Source of the DNA: Eledone cirrhosa
Lineage: Eukaryota
Length of the DNA stretch: 64,000 bases
Direction: 5' to 3'
Assembly (NCBI GenBank): GCA_964016885.1
Contig: OZ024742.1
Coordinates: 87,358,001 to 87,422,000, forward strand
The notes below the pieces were generated by a model that saw only the letters and a program-made list of their open reading frames with translations, had not been told where the DNA came from and made no database searches. The translations under genes were made by a program, and so were the position numbers. Within the stretch, counting starts at the first letter, position 1, and each line of letters opens with the position of its first letter. This document shows, in pieces, positions 1-14,048 of this stretch.

Positions 1-1837
1 TGTCCTCATAATGAATGACAAAAACCTCCTGACAACGGGGGATATTTTGAAAATCTCTAAACATTTTTCAATCCAACTGTGTGGCAAACTATCGAATGCT
101 TTTTTATAATCTATCCAAGCAATCGATAGATTGTTGTGTCTATTATGACAATCTTCCAGTATCATTTTGTTAACCAGAAGCTGATCCTTACAGCCATATG
201 AGCCTCGTTTACACCCTTTCTGCTCAATGGGAAATAGGACATTTGTTATCAGGTGGTCATATGTGTATTCAGTTAGGACTGATGTTAAAATGTTATACAT
301 TGTGGTCAAGCAGGTTATCGGTCTGTAATTTTTGGGATTGTTTGTCTCATCATTCTTCGGTAGCAGGAATGTAATGCCGTTAACTAGCCTTGATGGTATC
401 TTTTCTGTCTCCTTAACTATTTCATTGTAAAGTTGGGCTAACAGCTCATGAGACTCTGTGAAGGCATTTATCCAAAAGTTTTGTATTTTGTCTTTTCCTG
501 GGGATTTCCATTTGCTGGTTTTTCTTAGAGCCAAGCGCAGCTGTTCACCTGTTATATTTTCCCATGTTTGTTCTTCAAGGTGAGCTGTTTCTTTCATTTG
601 TATGTCTATCCATGGGGCATGTATGAACTTTTTCTTCGGCCCAGATCTTTTCCCAGAATTCTTGCACTTCCTCCTTGGGTGCTATTGATTTAGCAGTTAT
701 TGTTGACTTACCAATTTTTCTGTAGAAGTTTCTTTGGTTGTTTTTGAACATATTATTGTCCTTATAGAATCTAGATCGTTCTTCAAAGCGCCTTATACGA
801 GCAGCTTTGGCCGACACTTTTTGCTTGATTGTTTCTATCAGCATGTCTATGTCACATGTTGATCTTATACTGTACTTTTTTTTTCAATTTTCTAAGTTTA
901 GTTTGTTTAACATGTTCACCTACATTATAGTTTGTTAACATTTCTATGTCAGATCGGAGAAGGTTTATTTGGCGATTGATGTTATCTTGCCAAGTAGATT
1001 TCTTGTGGGAATTCCTTTGTTTTTTCATCTTCACTCCACATAAGTGAGTGGTGACTTTAACCGATGCATAATAGAGATGATTTAAGTCAGTAATGTTTAG
1101 TTTGTTTGTGATGATAATGTTTTTGAGAATTATGTTAGTCTTGTGTATTATCTTTTGGTTCTGTTTGGAGTTCTGGATCTTAGGGAGGGTGTCTCGTTGC
1201 CCCATGTCAGATTCTTTCATTTTCATCCATTCGATCATAATTTCATCCTTCAAGTTGGCAAGTTCATTCTCATTCATTTCTTTATCATTTACGATCTCAT
1301 TATTTTCATTTGGAGTTTCATCCTGAGCATGCATCCCTCCACTTTTTCGCTCCTTTCTTTAATTTGTTCTGTTGCCAGTGATTCCGCCCCAACCCTGGGA
1401 TTCGAAGTGTTACAATTTACCTCGTTTTCACTGACACATGCTTCATTTTCCCTTCGCTGACTTTGTGCTACTAGCTTGATCTGATCAATTTCTATATCAC
1501 TTAGTAACTTTTTTCTTACAATATTTCTTCGTATATTGGCTAGTTTGTTACTGTCAATATAGCCTCTGTTTTCGGGATGTTTCTTTTTACAGTTGATATA
1601 TGTTTGTTCTGTATTCGATGTATTTGATGGGTAGTACATGGCAGTGTAGAAAGCCTCAAGGTCTTCTTTATTATCTTCCCTTGACCATCTTTCTCTCTTT
1701 TTCTTTGGATTTCTTGGTGGTGAGCATGGAGGGCCAACAGTAGGAGTATTCCGGTTATGGGAGGTCTCCAGCTCCGAAGTGATGGGAAGGTTTGAACCAT
1801 TAGCTGATTTTTCGACCCCAGTCTGGTTCCTCTCTGA
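1..1837 (-). mobile_element. Degenerate Dong/R4-type (RLE clade) non-LTR retrotransposon, 5' part; runs off the window start
   Basis: Frameshifted minus-strand pieces: RERWSREDNK...KLANIRRNIVRKKLLSDIEI N-terminus, then hand-translated [58 protein letters not shown]. Homologous to but distinct from the 37840 ORF. 5' end abuts the (TTA)n tract. Confidence 0.9.

Positions 1838-1930
<93 letters not shown>
1838..1930. repeat. (TTA)n microsatellite
   Basis: Direct observation; flanks the 5' end of the Dong-like element. Confidence 0.98.
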
Positions 1931-2094
1931 CATTGTTGTTGATGCTGCTGTTGTTGTTGTTACGAAATTAACAACTCCACCAAGAAGAACACGAATAGCG
2001 ACTGCACCAACATCAACAAAGAAACAACAACACCATGAATAACACAAACTGCAACAACGGCAACACCTAACATGAACAATGACAACAACACCAA

Positions 2095-2190
2095 CGACAA
2101 ACTCCAACAACAACAACAACGACATCAACAACAGCAAAATCGACAACAACAACAACAACAACAACAACAACAGCAACAACAACAACAAAG
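2095..2190. repeat. (CAA)n low-complexity tract
   Basis: Direct observation. Confidence 0.9.
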
Positions 2191-2369
2191 AAAACAATGT
2201 TTCGCTGTGGCAGTAGCTAAGCAAAGCCCATGCTTTAGCATGATGTACAAGATGAGAAAGTCGACCCAGGCGCGGAAGCTCATCAAACATCAGCCAGCCT
2301 GGACCAACTTAACTGTTGCGGCTAAGGCCATGAAGCGCTTGAGAGGAGAACTCTGGTCAAACCACCCGA

Positions 2370-2790
2370 CCTCCAATAGCATCCAAGATGCCGTTCCAGT
2401 CCAACGATGACACTAAAGGGCTATAAGTTCCCAGAAAGACATCCATACGCCTAAAGAAATCTGGCTACCCTGCCTCATTCGTGGCGTAACAGCCACGAGA
2501 CTAAAAGGACCACCTTCATTATTGTTCACATCTAGAAACGCAAATTGACTGTCCGTTTCCAGGAAGATCTTCCGTACCTCTAGACCTTTCCTAAAGATCA
2601 CCGCCATCTCGCCTACCATTCCAGGCTGAGTAAGAGATGCGTAGTGGTCAGAAATAGGCGCTAGTGTGTGCGTGTCGGAATTCCTGGACACGCAGACGGC
2701 TTTCATATCCACGCCTGATGACCTGAGGTCGTTGAGCAAGCGGCCTTGCTTCCAGGCCTACCCAAGGCTACGATAATTTATGCATCCCAC
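2370..2790 (-). pseudogene. Degenerate APE-endonuclease fragment of a Tx1/L1-like ORF2
   Basis: LLNDLRSSGVD...AVIFRKGL...FLE...LDV...FSLVAV...DWNGILDA aligns with the N-terminus of ORF 27126..30545. Confidence 0.85.
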
Positions 2791-2829
2791 ACTAACCCCC
2801 CCCCCCCTCATATTGGTCAAAATCATCGC

Positions 2830-4045
2830 GTCATTCCTTGCCATCGTTCACGACTCGCCAAAATTGAAGCAGCATCGCTTCAACTTCTTTAGGAGGAGAA
2901 CTGATTCTGTTGATGAGGTGATCTATCTCATACCAGCACACTCTACGCGGAGGGTTGGCTAATGATACGCAAACATGCTGTGAAACTTTGGCATCTCAAG
3001 ATATTATGCCTTAACGTTGAACGAGTGTTGTCACCGTTTTTCAGACAGGCCTTTACGCAGCTCATCTCTTTGACTAATCTGCAGCTCTGGGTCAAGAAGA
3101 GACCGAGACTAGGCATCTGGCATCCGGTATGTTGCCAGGCACACACTGCCTTCCACAAGACGAGCAATGCGGTCAGTGGAACCTCCACACATAAGTTATA
3201 TAGAGGATTAGTTATGGGCAAGTGCAACGACTCTCTCGGAGAGATTCTAGTCGTCGATAAGAACGAACTAGCCTGTCTTTTCCGGAGGACATTCGAGTCG
3301 GAAACTGGACAATTTCCAGAAATGCTTTGCGTGACAGTTCTATCGGAGAGCCCTACTGATTCGAGATAAACTTCGTAGGCACGGCAGTGCTGCCAGACTG
3401 AACCCTCCGAGAAGCGCGCAGAGCTAGGAAATCGTTTAGCACGAACTCATCCAGTGCCCGTGTACTGCTGACTTTGAGAGTTGTGTCGAACAGTCGTTAT
3501 CGCGGTTGGGACCAATCTATCAATCGATCGAGTCCATAGTGAAGATGACCCCGCCGCCTCTTTTGGCCGGGAGAGCAGGTACATTCCGCTGTCTGATAAT
3601 TGTATTGAAAACGGTTGTGTCGTGGACGCCACTGAAAGGTCTGATGATAGACACATTCATCTTCGTCAAGGACTCCTCAGCCTTTTCAAATTCCACTTGG
3701 AAATGAGAATAAGGGCGGAGTGAGAAATGCTTACCCCAGATCATTTTTTAAAAGATGTGCGATTGTTGTGAATGTGTCCACTGATTATGCACCTGTAGGC
3801 TGGAAGGATGGAGGGATAGAGGGGTACCCTCCTATGGTGCGCCTGGAGGTGAGGGTGGGTTGGGATTTATTGTGTTCCTAACGTCATCCCTGGGTGGTTT
3901 GCTCCCCTATTGGGGAATTCTGTTTTTGATATTTTTGATTAATTGTTTTTGCTAATATTTTTTACTAGAATAATATGCAAACCCCCACTGTCTCATGTTT
4001 TTGTATTGTCCTCTATGTTCGGCCCTTGTGGCCAATAATAAATGA
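2830..4045 (+). mobile_element. Degenerate 3' portion of a Tx1/L1-like element (ORF2 C-terminus and 3' UTR) ending in a TTA-rich tail
   Basis: IRKHAVKLWHL...SPFFRQAFTQLISLTNLQLWVKKRPR and LFKFHLEMRIRAE match the ORF2 C-terminus of the intact copy. Terminus cccttgtggccaataataaatgaattatt resembles the intact 3' end. Confidence 0.88.
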
Positions 4046-5339
4046 ATTATTATTTTTATTATTATTATTATTACTAATATTATTTTAATTCATTATCATA
4101 ATCATTATCATATTTTCCCCTCGTTTCATTTTATATAAAATGACTACCGAGTATCAACCAAATATTTAGGGCAGGCATCACTGGTTTTGTCAATTTCGAT
4201 AGCAGTTTCTGTTATTATTTTATCTGTTTTGTTCCATTCTCACATTCGCTTAACATGACAAATGTTGATCGGTAAATACGTTAAGCAAAAATAGACAATA
4301 GTAAAAAAGTTGGAGGACGGGGGATTCAAAGGAACAATCATGAAGTATAACAGATATGAATTGATTTTGTATTCCGGATATTTAAAGGTATTAAATATTA
4401 ATTAAACTTGCTGTAATCATTAAACTTGAAAAATGTTTGTCGACATATATTACAGAGTAGGTAGGCATACTTGTTAGAGCTATCTTTTTGGGTTTCATAT
4501 ATGCTAGGTTTACTAGACATGGTTTCTAGAAACGTTTGAACAACTTTATTTATCACACCTAACTACGGAAATAGTTTTTGTAATATGCTCATGTAGGGCG
4601 AGTAATAACATTCTAATATTATTTTGAAATAGTTTTTGTTTTACAATTCCACATTCAGGTATGCTTACTTTATAAATATATATTTTTTAGCTAACTTCTT
4701 ATAACATTTTGCTGACACATTTCAGACGGTAGAATCATGTCAAGAAGTAAGCTGATTTTGATTTCTATTTAATCTTTAATAATAATATCACGGTAGTTTC
4801 CATTAATAGTGTGATCTATGATAATGGTAACATCCCAATATTGTTGCTGCTTCAGTTTTAGTTATAGTTTCTGGTTTGTGTTCATACCAGTTTTGTGCAT
4901 GTTCTGTATTGTAGTTTTTACATATCATCCAGTAGATATATTGCCCCAATATATTATGTCTAATCATCTATTCAGTTGGTCCTAATGAGGGACATGATTA
5001 TATTATATGGTCAATTCTTTCATTCTGTAGGTTACATTTCGGATCTGCTCCATTTCTGAGAATATTTCCCTGATAATTCTTAGTAAACGGCTCTGGTCCT
5101 GGGAAGCAAGATTAAAACCACTGCTTGGTTTCTACTTGAACTACATCAGCATGTTGGGTGCAAAGTGGTACTTGCCCTTGCAGAATGTTTTCCATCTATT
5201 TCTAAATGATATTCGACTTGCTTATGCTTATTTTCTCCCTCATTTGGAATTAGGTCAGCGTTATTAATCCGGAGTATGTCATTAGCAGAACTAGAAATAT
5301 AAACAACAGCAGCAGGGACAACAAAAACTGGACGAGCAA

Positions 5340-6030
5340 AAACGGTACCGTCGTAGCAAGTGGACATTTCAGACATGAAAGAAGGTTTCGCCCAAGCATT
5401 AAAACTAATTAAGAGAGAGAAATCCTGGAACAGCCTAACCGCCCCTGCGGCAGCAGTGGCAGCAATTCAAAGGACGATAAATATATATATATATGTGTAT
5501 TTATGTGCAAAACCTAAAGCAGAAAAGGCCCCCAAAATCATGTGTAGTTACCAATGATGCGTATCAGAGAAGATGCATATAATATAACAAGGCCAGATAA
5601 TTTACCGACATCTTATGTCTGTTCAAATCCGAGGCAATTACCATAAAACGCTCGGTGGACCCCTGTAAAACGGACCAAATTATCATGTACCATTCCCGCA
5701 TGTGACAAAGTACAGTGAAGATACGTATTCCCAGGATCACCTCCGGACTGTGCTCATGGCGGATCATGTGACACGTGGTTGAAGACGGTACCGATAACAC
5801 CCTTTGGATGAAAAAAAAATCGGATGCATTTGAAGATTCTTCAGCAAATCAAACGGACGAACTTAAAAATCATTCCGGTACATGTTCGATACGGAAGGTC
5901 ACTAAGTATAGGAGGCCCCAGTGCTTCATGTTCAAGTCTTTTAGTCCCAGATGAAAAATGCAGGGCCTCACAAATACCTGTTGCTCCTACTACCAGTCCC
6001 GAGTCATAGTAAACGCGGCAACAAAGTTAG
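5340..6030 (+). pseudogene. Degenerate Tx1/L1-like ORF1 homologue with no adjacent ORF2
   Basis: Hand translation across frameshifts gives ITRPDNLPTSYV..KSEAITIKRSVDPCKTDQIIMYHSRM*QSTVKIRIPRITSG, versus ORF1 HITRGKKYATVDVLFATPQEAKAQSVVTLRSEEMVLVPSYCGQKIVRVKLTHVPPG. Confidence 0.55.
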
Positions 6031-6564
6031 AGACAAACGCACCAGCGCCAGCAGCTAATCTACCAACAAGTAAGATTAACCTCTCCCTCTCCCCTTATCC
6101 AAACAATAATCGCAACTGAAACACTCACACTATCACAAACGCACAAACATCTTGAACATACACAAGGATCTGGAATAAAAGCAGTCGAAACGGTGCTCAT
6201 TCCAAGGGCCTTTGGAGTAACGTTACTCGACAGAATAAGTAGCTCGGAGACTAGACAGTCGCTTCAGTTAGAAAACCTTTTTCTCCGAATGTAGAGATCA
6301 GTACTACGATACTATGAACCAGTAGTATTAATCTTTCAGAAAAGAATCAATGAACTGATTTTATGGCCAAGAATACCTTCAAATTGTCCCGAGGGTTTGT
6401 TCCGTACGGAATGGTTGCGTAACATCCATGAGCTCGGCTGGTAGCACTACGAGATCCAGGCGGATCAGTTTGAAACCGTTTCATATGACAGGACATGGTG
6501 GAAAAATCTTTGAGTAATCCGACCCATGACCACTTCACCAATACTTGGGTAATGAAGAAGAACA

Positions 6565-6679
<115 letters not shown>

Positions 6680-7419
6680 ATATTGCACTTAAAATCTCTC
6701 ATTCGAACTCCATGTGAATAATATTGTGAGTTATGTAATCTTAATTTTACTCACAACGTTCTCAGTAATTGAAAATATGGATCTCTTTTCAAAAGTGATT
6801 TCAATGAATAGACCAAAACTACTTCAGAAAACATATCTTTCATCACATTTCTAGCTTTTAGGAAAGTGTTGTATCTTTAGTAAAAACAGATGCACTTTTC
6901 TTTATTTCTGAATGAAACGAAATAATGATATTTTTAATATGCACAAATGAGCATATATTAGAAAACATTATAAATAAAAGTATATTTGAAGAGCATTCAT
7001 AACATAATTAAAGGAATTACTTCAATCGTACGAAACATGTGTTGTGCAGTCTGCATAAAGCAATTTTGTTCGGAAACAAATAACATTATTATTATTTTTT
7101 TTAATTTTGATATTTATTAATAATTAATAATATACCGATTTAAATTGCCTTATATTGAATTTTCCTTTAATATATGATATATTTGCGCAGCTTAAAATTA
7201 TTTTGAAGAGAAAACATTTTGGTCTCTTAATAAAAATATGTATTTAATCATGATCGTTTCAAATCAGGATGGAATTATAATTTCGAAAATTTTGGGGAAA
7301 AACTTTGTCCTTCCGTGAAAGTTTAATTGCAATTCATTTATTTTTATAACCACCTTCAAAGAATGTTTGCTACTACAGATTGTATATGTCAGAGTAGCGT
7401 GTATGTATGTATGTATATA

Positions 7420-7970
7420 CATATTTACACACTTTCGGATGGCTGTTGACTCTTTTGATTTCTTCCGCCCTTTGTCAGGTTCTGTTTTTTGTTCTGCAGG
7501 GTGTCCACAATCACCCTCCTCACCAAGTAAGCATGTTCGGGTTGCCGGTTTAGTCGCCAAAGACCCGACTATGCGACAGGTTGTGCTGGGTTACATGTTA
7601 CCAGTAGCACACAAAAGTGACCCGACATGTATATACACATGTACCACACGGTTAAACCACTAGGAATGAAGGACCTCTAGCCTTGTCAGGGCATTCTTCT
7701 AGGAGAAGGCAACTCAGGAAACTGGGATAACTCCGATATAAAACCTGCGGCTCAGTAGTTACCGATGTTTTTGATCTTTTCTTCATTTAGGGTTATAGCT
7801 AATGTCGCACAGAGAGTGGGATTAGCTCAGTTCACAGTCTTTCCTCACTTAAAAAAAATATATTCACCCGCAGGCATCGCAAGATAGAATTAATTAATAA
7901 TTATTAATAATGGTATGTCGTGCAATGGCCATACTCGATAACGAGGGGGCAACCACCATGTATGTATGTG
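7420..7970 (+). mobile_element. Short non-autonomous RTE-derived element (5' UTR-like part joined to an RTE 3' end) between (ATGT)n tracts
   Basis: Contains the RTE 5'UTR-like motif ctaggagaaggcaactc...aaacc. Its 3' end tcgtgcaatggccatactcgataacgagggggca+(atgt)n nearly matches the RTE-like end at 49780-49830. Confidence 0.6.
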
Positions 7971-7990
7971 TGTATATATATATATATATA

Positions 7991-10321
7991 TATTGTTATA
8001 CTTGGGGAGAGTCATATTTGTGTAATATTGCCAGAATTAATAACAGAGCACACTCACTGTTTGGTTGGTTTTCACTTTTCGCTTCTGTGTCTTTTATATC
8101 GGTAATCTAATATACTCGGTCCTCAATGTTGCCATTGACTGACCGACGGTCAAAAATAATACAGATACAATATAGACACAAACACATATATATAGTTTAT
8201 CATAAATCTTTCGTTGCACATCTGCAACATCATCAGTGGTGCTATTGTTTCCTCCTGTTGAATTGTATGGCTACGCCATTTTTATTCAGTCTGTCTATAT
8301 ATTTATTTATTTATTTGCTTGTTTGTTTATTTTATGTTGTCTTCTTTGCGCATGTGTTTGCGTGTGTGTATAGTGTTTTGTTTGATGTGTGATATGTGTT
8401 CGTGATTGGGTGACTAATGTGTGTTTATGTGTTTGTTGTTATTGTGCTTGTGTATGTATTTATTTATTTATTTATTTATGTTATATTATTGTATTTACTT
8501 ATTTATACTTCTCTTAGGTCAGTGTTGTTTGTTTGGGTGTTGTTGTTATTCCATTCATTCTTTCTGTTTAGTCTGGGTATTTTAAGTTCTATTTCACTGG
8601 CCTCTCTGATTTGCCTATCTGCTGGGTCATTTCTATGTTTAGATATTATTCTAATTTCTATGTTGTCTATGTTACCGACATGTTGTTGTCTGGCATGTTC
8701 CTATAGTACTGACCCGTTTTTTCGTCCTTTTAGTTCCCCCCAGTGTTGGTCTATCCGTTCACCTATGCTACGAGCTGTCTCACCTATGTATGTTGTTGTC
8801 ATGTTTCTGCAGGTACCCTCTGTACATCTTATGCTATAGCCTACGTTTCTAGTTTTACAGTTTATTGGGGGTTTACCTTACATGTGATACATTTCTTATT
8901 GGTACAGTGGGTTTTCTTAAAAGGGTAGGTTTTGCTGATCAGGGATTGTATGGTGGTTCCTGGCTTTTCTACCCCCTTAATCTTTAAGTGGGTCTTTCTC
9001 AGGGCCTTTCTACACTGGGTAGCTAATTTCCCTCCAGGGGTAGCGTCCACAAACATGACACTCTGGTATCTCTGTATAATGGGCAAATTCCTTTCATGTC
9101 CAGTTCTATGAGGGTCTTATACTTCTCCATGGCTCCTTCGTATACTCTGACTCTGTCTCGTTGGTTGTAGCCAGAGAACTGCATGCTGTTGATGAAGTGT
9201 TGGATGTGTCTTTCCATTTCTGTTGGGTCGCACATGCGGGACACATTCTTCATCACTCGTACCAAATCTGCGATCAGAATATTAAACTTAGCACTACTAG
9301 ACATTGCTGAGTTTTTGAGTATCCGGTATTTGGAGGCCATGGGTTTAGCATAGTGCGAGTGGAGAATTTGGGCTCTCTCGTCGATAGTGTTAATCCAGAG
9401 TTCTGTGTCTAATACAGGTAGTCTATTGTTAGGGTGTTTGGAAGGGAAATCGATAGTTACAGTTATACTCTGGTGTATGGAATTAGCGCTCTGCTGGATA
9501 CTTTCCATTGTGCTACGTTCAAAATCAAACTTGTTAGTGCTCTCTAGTGGGGATGTTCTTATAACTATATTGATATCGTCTACATAACGAGAGTACATGA
9601 TGAGGTCTATGGAGCTCTCATTAAGGAGATCTTTAAGTCTCCTTTCCCACCATACCATGAAAAGGTTGGCAACATCACCAGCTATGCTGACGCCAATGGC
9701 TGCTCCTTCATTTTCGGTGTAGATATTCTCGTTGAACTTAAATATGTGGCCTTTGAGGGTAGTTTTGATACTAGCCCCTATTGCATGTGCGACCATTTTT
9801 CTTACCTGATCATTGTTTTGGGGGGTCCGTATAGCTTTGGTCCACCCAATCCACCTTCCCATGGGAGTGTTTTTTGCCATTGAGGTTATGGTGGGGGTTC
9901 TACCTCTTATGGGTCTACTAGGGCAGAAACGTCTAAGGTCATGGCTGTCTAGGTTGTCAGTGTCGTAGGTAAGTCTAAGTAGGAGGCCCAGTTCGTCTGT
10001 GTCGACGTCGCAGAACTCCACGTCACTCTCAATGATCATCTCCACACATTTTTTCACACAATTTTCCCACATTTTCTCACAGCAAAATCAATGTTAATGG
10101 ATGGGTACAGTGACACCACATCCATGCTGCCTATTATGCAGTTAGGTAGGTTCCTGTTTTTGTTGCACTCACTGATTCTGCTGAGGAGGTCCTCTGCACT
10201 GTCACATACATCCGGGGACATCTTGATTATGGGGCGTATAACCATTGAGAGGAAGTAGGAGATCCTGTAGTTACTAGCTATATTAGGTATTGTTGGTGGA
10301 CCCTCCCCAAGTATTACAATA
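7991..10321 (-). mobile_element. Penelope-like element (RT plus C-terminal GIY-YIG), 5'-truncated and frameshifted, with a short inverted terminal segment
   Basis: SMDVVSLYPSI, GAAIGVSIAGDVANLFM, YSRYVDDI, LPVLDTELW, HYAKPMAS; Cys-rich linker; hand-translated NVGYSIRC...TYIGETARSIGERIDQH near 8740-8860. tattgttatacttggggag (7991) is inverted at 10303-10321. Confidence 0.9.
8200..8239 (-). ncRNA. Minimal type I hammerhead ribozyme-like motif in the Penelope 3' region
   Basis: Minus strand cca CTGATGA t gttgca gatg tgcaac GAAA gatt TA tga. Perfect stem II; stems I and III slightly eroded. Confidence 0.7.
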
Positions 10322-11031
10322 TTTGTTTCGACACACGATTTCATATAAAAAAACTCGCAAAACTAATATATATATATATATATGGGGGGTGCGTGGGAGG
10401 TGTGAGTATGCGATGATGCGATATGTATCTTTGTTCGTGTGTGTTTGTGATCATTTGTGGGTGGGTGTTTATGTTGTAAAAGTGTATATGTGGTTGTGTG
10501 TGTGTCTGTTCCCGTTATATGGAGTGTTACACATATATGTATCTATTCACAAAGCGTTGTACTTAAGAGTGGTTAACACCTCACAATTCAACGTTGCACT
10601 ATGATAGGGCAAGTGTTTGGGTTCTAATGCAGCACAGCATGTGTGTACTGAACCGAAGTCGATTACGTTTTTCCATGTTAGATAACTGCAAATATATTTC
10701 ACCGGACCTGCATGGAATATCGGTAAATTTAATAAAGCCTGTACGCGAAGGTAATGTTTGTTATGATGTATGATTCTTGAAATTCGACACGTTTTTCGAT
10801 GGAAAATTGCATGTGTATTCATGAAAAGACTTTAAATCAAACGTTTATGATGAAAAAAAAAAGAAATTGTTGTATATCTCCTACATCTGCTTCATTAGGG
10901 CAAGCACTGCACTTTTAACAAATGGATAATATCCTCGTCTGTATATATTATATATATTTCACCACCTGTTCTGTTGTTAATGCAGATAATAATGTATATT
11001 ATTATTTACGTAACCCATATATGAAGTGCTG

Positions 11032-11091
<60 letters not shown>

Positions 11092-11107
11092 CACCCACAC
11101 ATACACA

Positions 11108-11144
<37 letters not shown>

Positions 11145-11852
11145 ATATATATGTAAGCATATTTTCATTTAAAAAATTGCTTAATGACAAGGTTTGACAT
11201 CGACCTCCATATTAAGAGGTAAGTCAGTATAACTAAATTCTTTTCAAATTTCTGATAAAAGTTGTACGATTTTCTGAGGGGAATCTTACTTTTTCTCTCT
11301 ACTGCATCGCTCAATATTTTCAAATATTATTCTGTGGCATCGACTATTATTTCTGGGGCCAAGTCCTTAGCTTAAAAGTCGCAAAAAACTAGCTTTGTTT
11401 ACATCTTTGCAGGGTTGATGATATTAAATACAACTAAATCATTGGGGTCAACGTAATCGGCTTTACACTTCCTTTGGCATTGAGGGTGCTCTCCCATAAG
11501 GAGAAACACATTTTATCTCCATGTATCTTAGTTAGACTACATTTGGACATTTCAAACTTTCCTAACGCGTCTCTAGTCATTAATCTAGAGAGGTTTCAAA
11601 TTTAATAAAACAAAAAAAAATGCAAATGAATGGCCAGATATTTTAAAGCAACGAGGTCCACATTCAAGATTGCCGGACATTAATTTCAAATGTCAAATTT
11701 TCCTAATACCATTTACGACTCAGTTATTGAAACATACATATAATATATATATATATATACATATATACATACCTATATATATATGTATATATATATATAG
11801 TTAAAGAATGAAGATTAACATGGTTGGCTGTAAAATAAGGGCTTTATTTAAG

Positions 11853-11944
11853 GTACTGACAATTGTTTCGTTCACCATGTGGGTCTAGGTTACGTTATTC
11901 GATCTCCGACACATTATTCACTTCTGGTCAACACATCATAGTAC
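11853..11944 (-). ncRNA. Degenerate hammerhead in a Penelope pLTR-like remnant (~11800-12320)
   Basis: Minus strand gtact atgatgt gttgacc...ggtgaac GAAA caattg TC agtac. Stem I intact, palindromic loop III, CUGAUGA mutated. Confidence 0.55.
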
Positions 11945-12329
11945 GTAGATATGAAAGTAATTCACTCGAGGCAAGACATATATAGAAAAATAGCGTATAA
12001 TTAAAACAATAACACCAACTATAAAATAGCGTATAATCTAAACAATAACATCAATAATAATACATGTATGGTAAATAGGTAGAGAAGTTACAGATGTAAA
12101 AAGTAAAAGTAAAATATAAGATAGGGTACATTAAAAAGTAAGAAAAAGAGAGAATGGAAAATATAAATAGATAAACAATTACATAGGTGAGAGCGTGTAA
12201 GTACATAGTAGTAGTTTTTGAGTGTTCCTATAAGTATTCGTTGGTGGGAAACTAGATTGGAGATGTACATAGATACGTGTAGACGATCCGATAAAAGAGA
12301 AAATAAATTAGAGATTAATTGCTGGATGC

Positions 12330-12439
<110 letters not shown>

Positions 12440-12446
12440 GTGTGTG

Positions 12447-12840
12447 TCTGATGCTTCCACAGGCGGTATGCCGGTTGACCACTCTATGCTCTTACATAGC
12501 AGAGTATGATATGATATAAAATGAAAAATCGGTGATGCATCTGAACTCAATTTATTGTGTGTTACAATTGTTTCGCGGACAGCTCTAGACGCGATCATTG
12601 TGTGTATTCCGATTCTGGACCCACAGGTTCGACGGACACGTCTAATGATTTCGGAGCATATTCTCTCACTGGGGTATCTGACCCTATGTGCAAGTACCGT
12701 CAAGAGGTTCATCCTCGACGCGCGTCCAGTGATTGGCCGCTGAATGTCTACGTCATCATAATTCTAACCACAGGTACCATTCTCCTGTTCCATGTCTTGT
12801 ACACTTCAATGAATTACTACTGTGGTTGGTAGTTCACACA
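12447..12840 (-). mobile_element. Interspersed repeat, same family as the fold-back at 56925-57325 (probable PLE terminal repeat)
   Basis: 12447-12675 is the reverse complement of about 57085-57325; sits between (TG)n and (CA)n tracts. Confidence 0.75.
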
Positions 12841-13180
12841 TTCACGCGCACACTCCCACACACACACACGTACTCCCACACACACACACAATCACATAGA
12901 TAACGACAGTCGTACGCATAGACTCCCGCTATACCCACACATTAAGGAGAACATATAAACATATAAACGTACGCCTACATTCATCCAGAGAGGCACATGC
13001 CCACAAGCCTATATACATCAACACGCACACACACATGCATACGCGTATATATACACGTACACAGAAACACGTACAGACATATACGTATACACCCCACCCC
13101 CTCACTCCACCCACGCCCGCACCCATATACACACGTACACATATATACACGCACAGATACACACTCGCTCTCAAACACGC

Positions 13181-13751
<571 letters not shown>

Positions 13752-14048
13752 CAAACAAGCCTGTTTCACTACAGGGATGCTTGTACACACACACAATCAC
13801 TGGCCCATATAGGCTCTTACAATTATGCGCATATTCCCATACAGACCCACGCATAAAAACAATATATTTATATCTATATATGTATATATACATAAACAGA
13901 ATATACACACAATATCATATAAAGATACACAATGGGGCGTACATGAAAGGATGCATCTTGTTATAAACATGTAGACATTTAAAAAATACATACTTACATA
14001 TATATATACATATATACATACATCTGTCTATCTATCTATCTATATATG

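Noticed and set aside
1289-2290. 333-aa ORF with hydrophobic runs resembling a membrane protein
   Set aside because: Read-through of (TTG)n and (ATA)n repeats into the Dong-like N-terminus.
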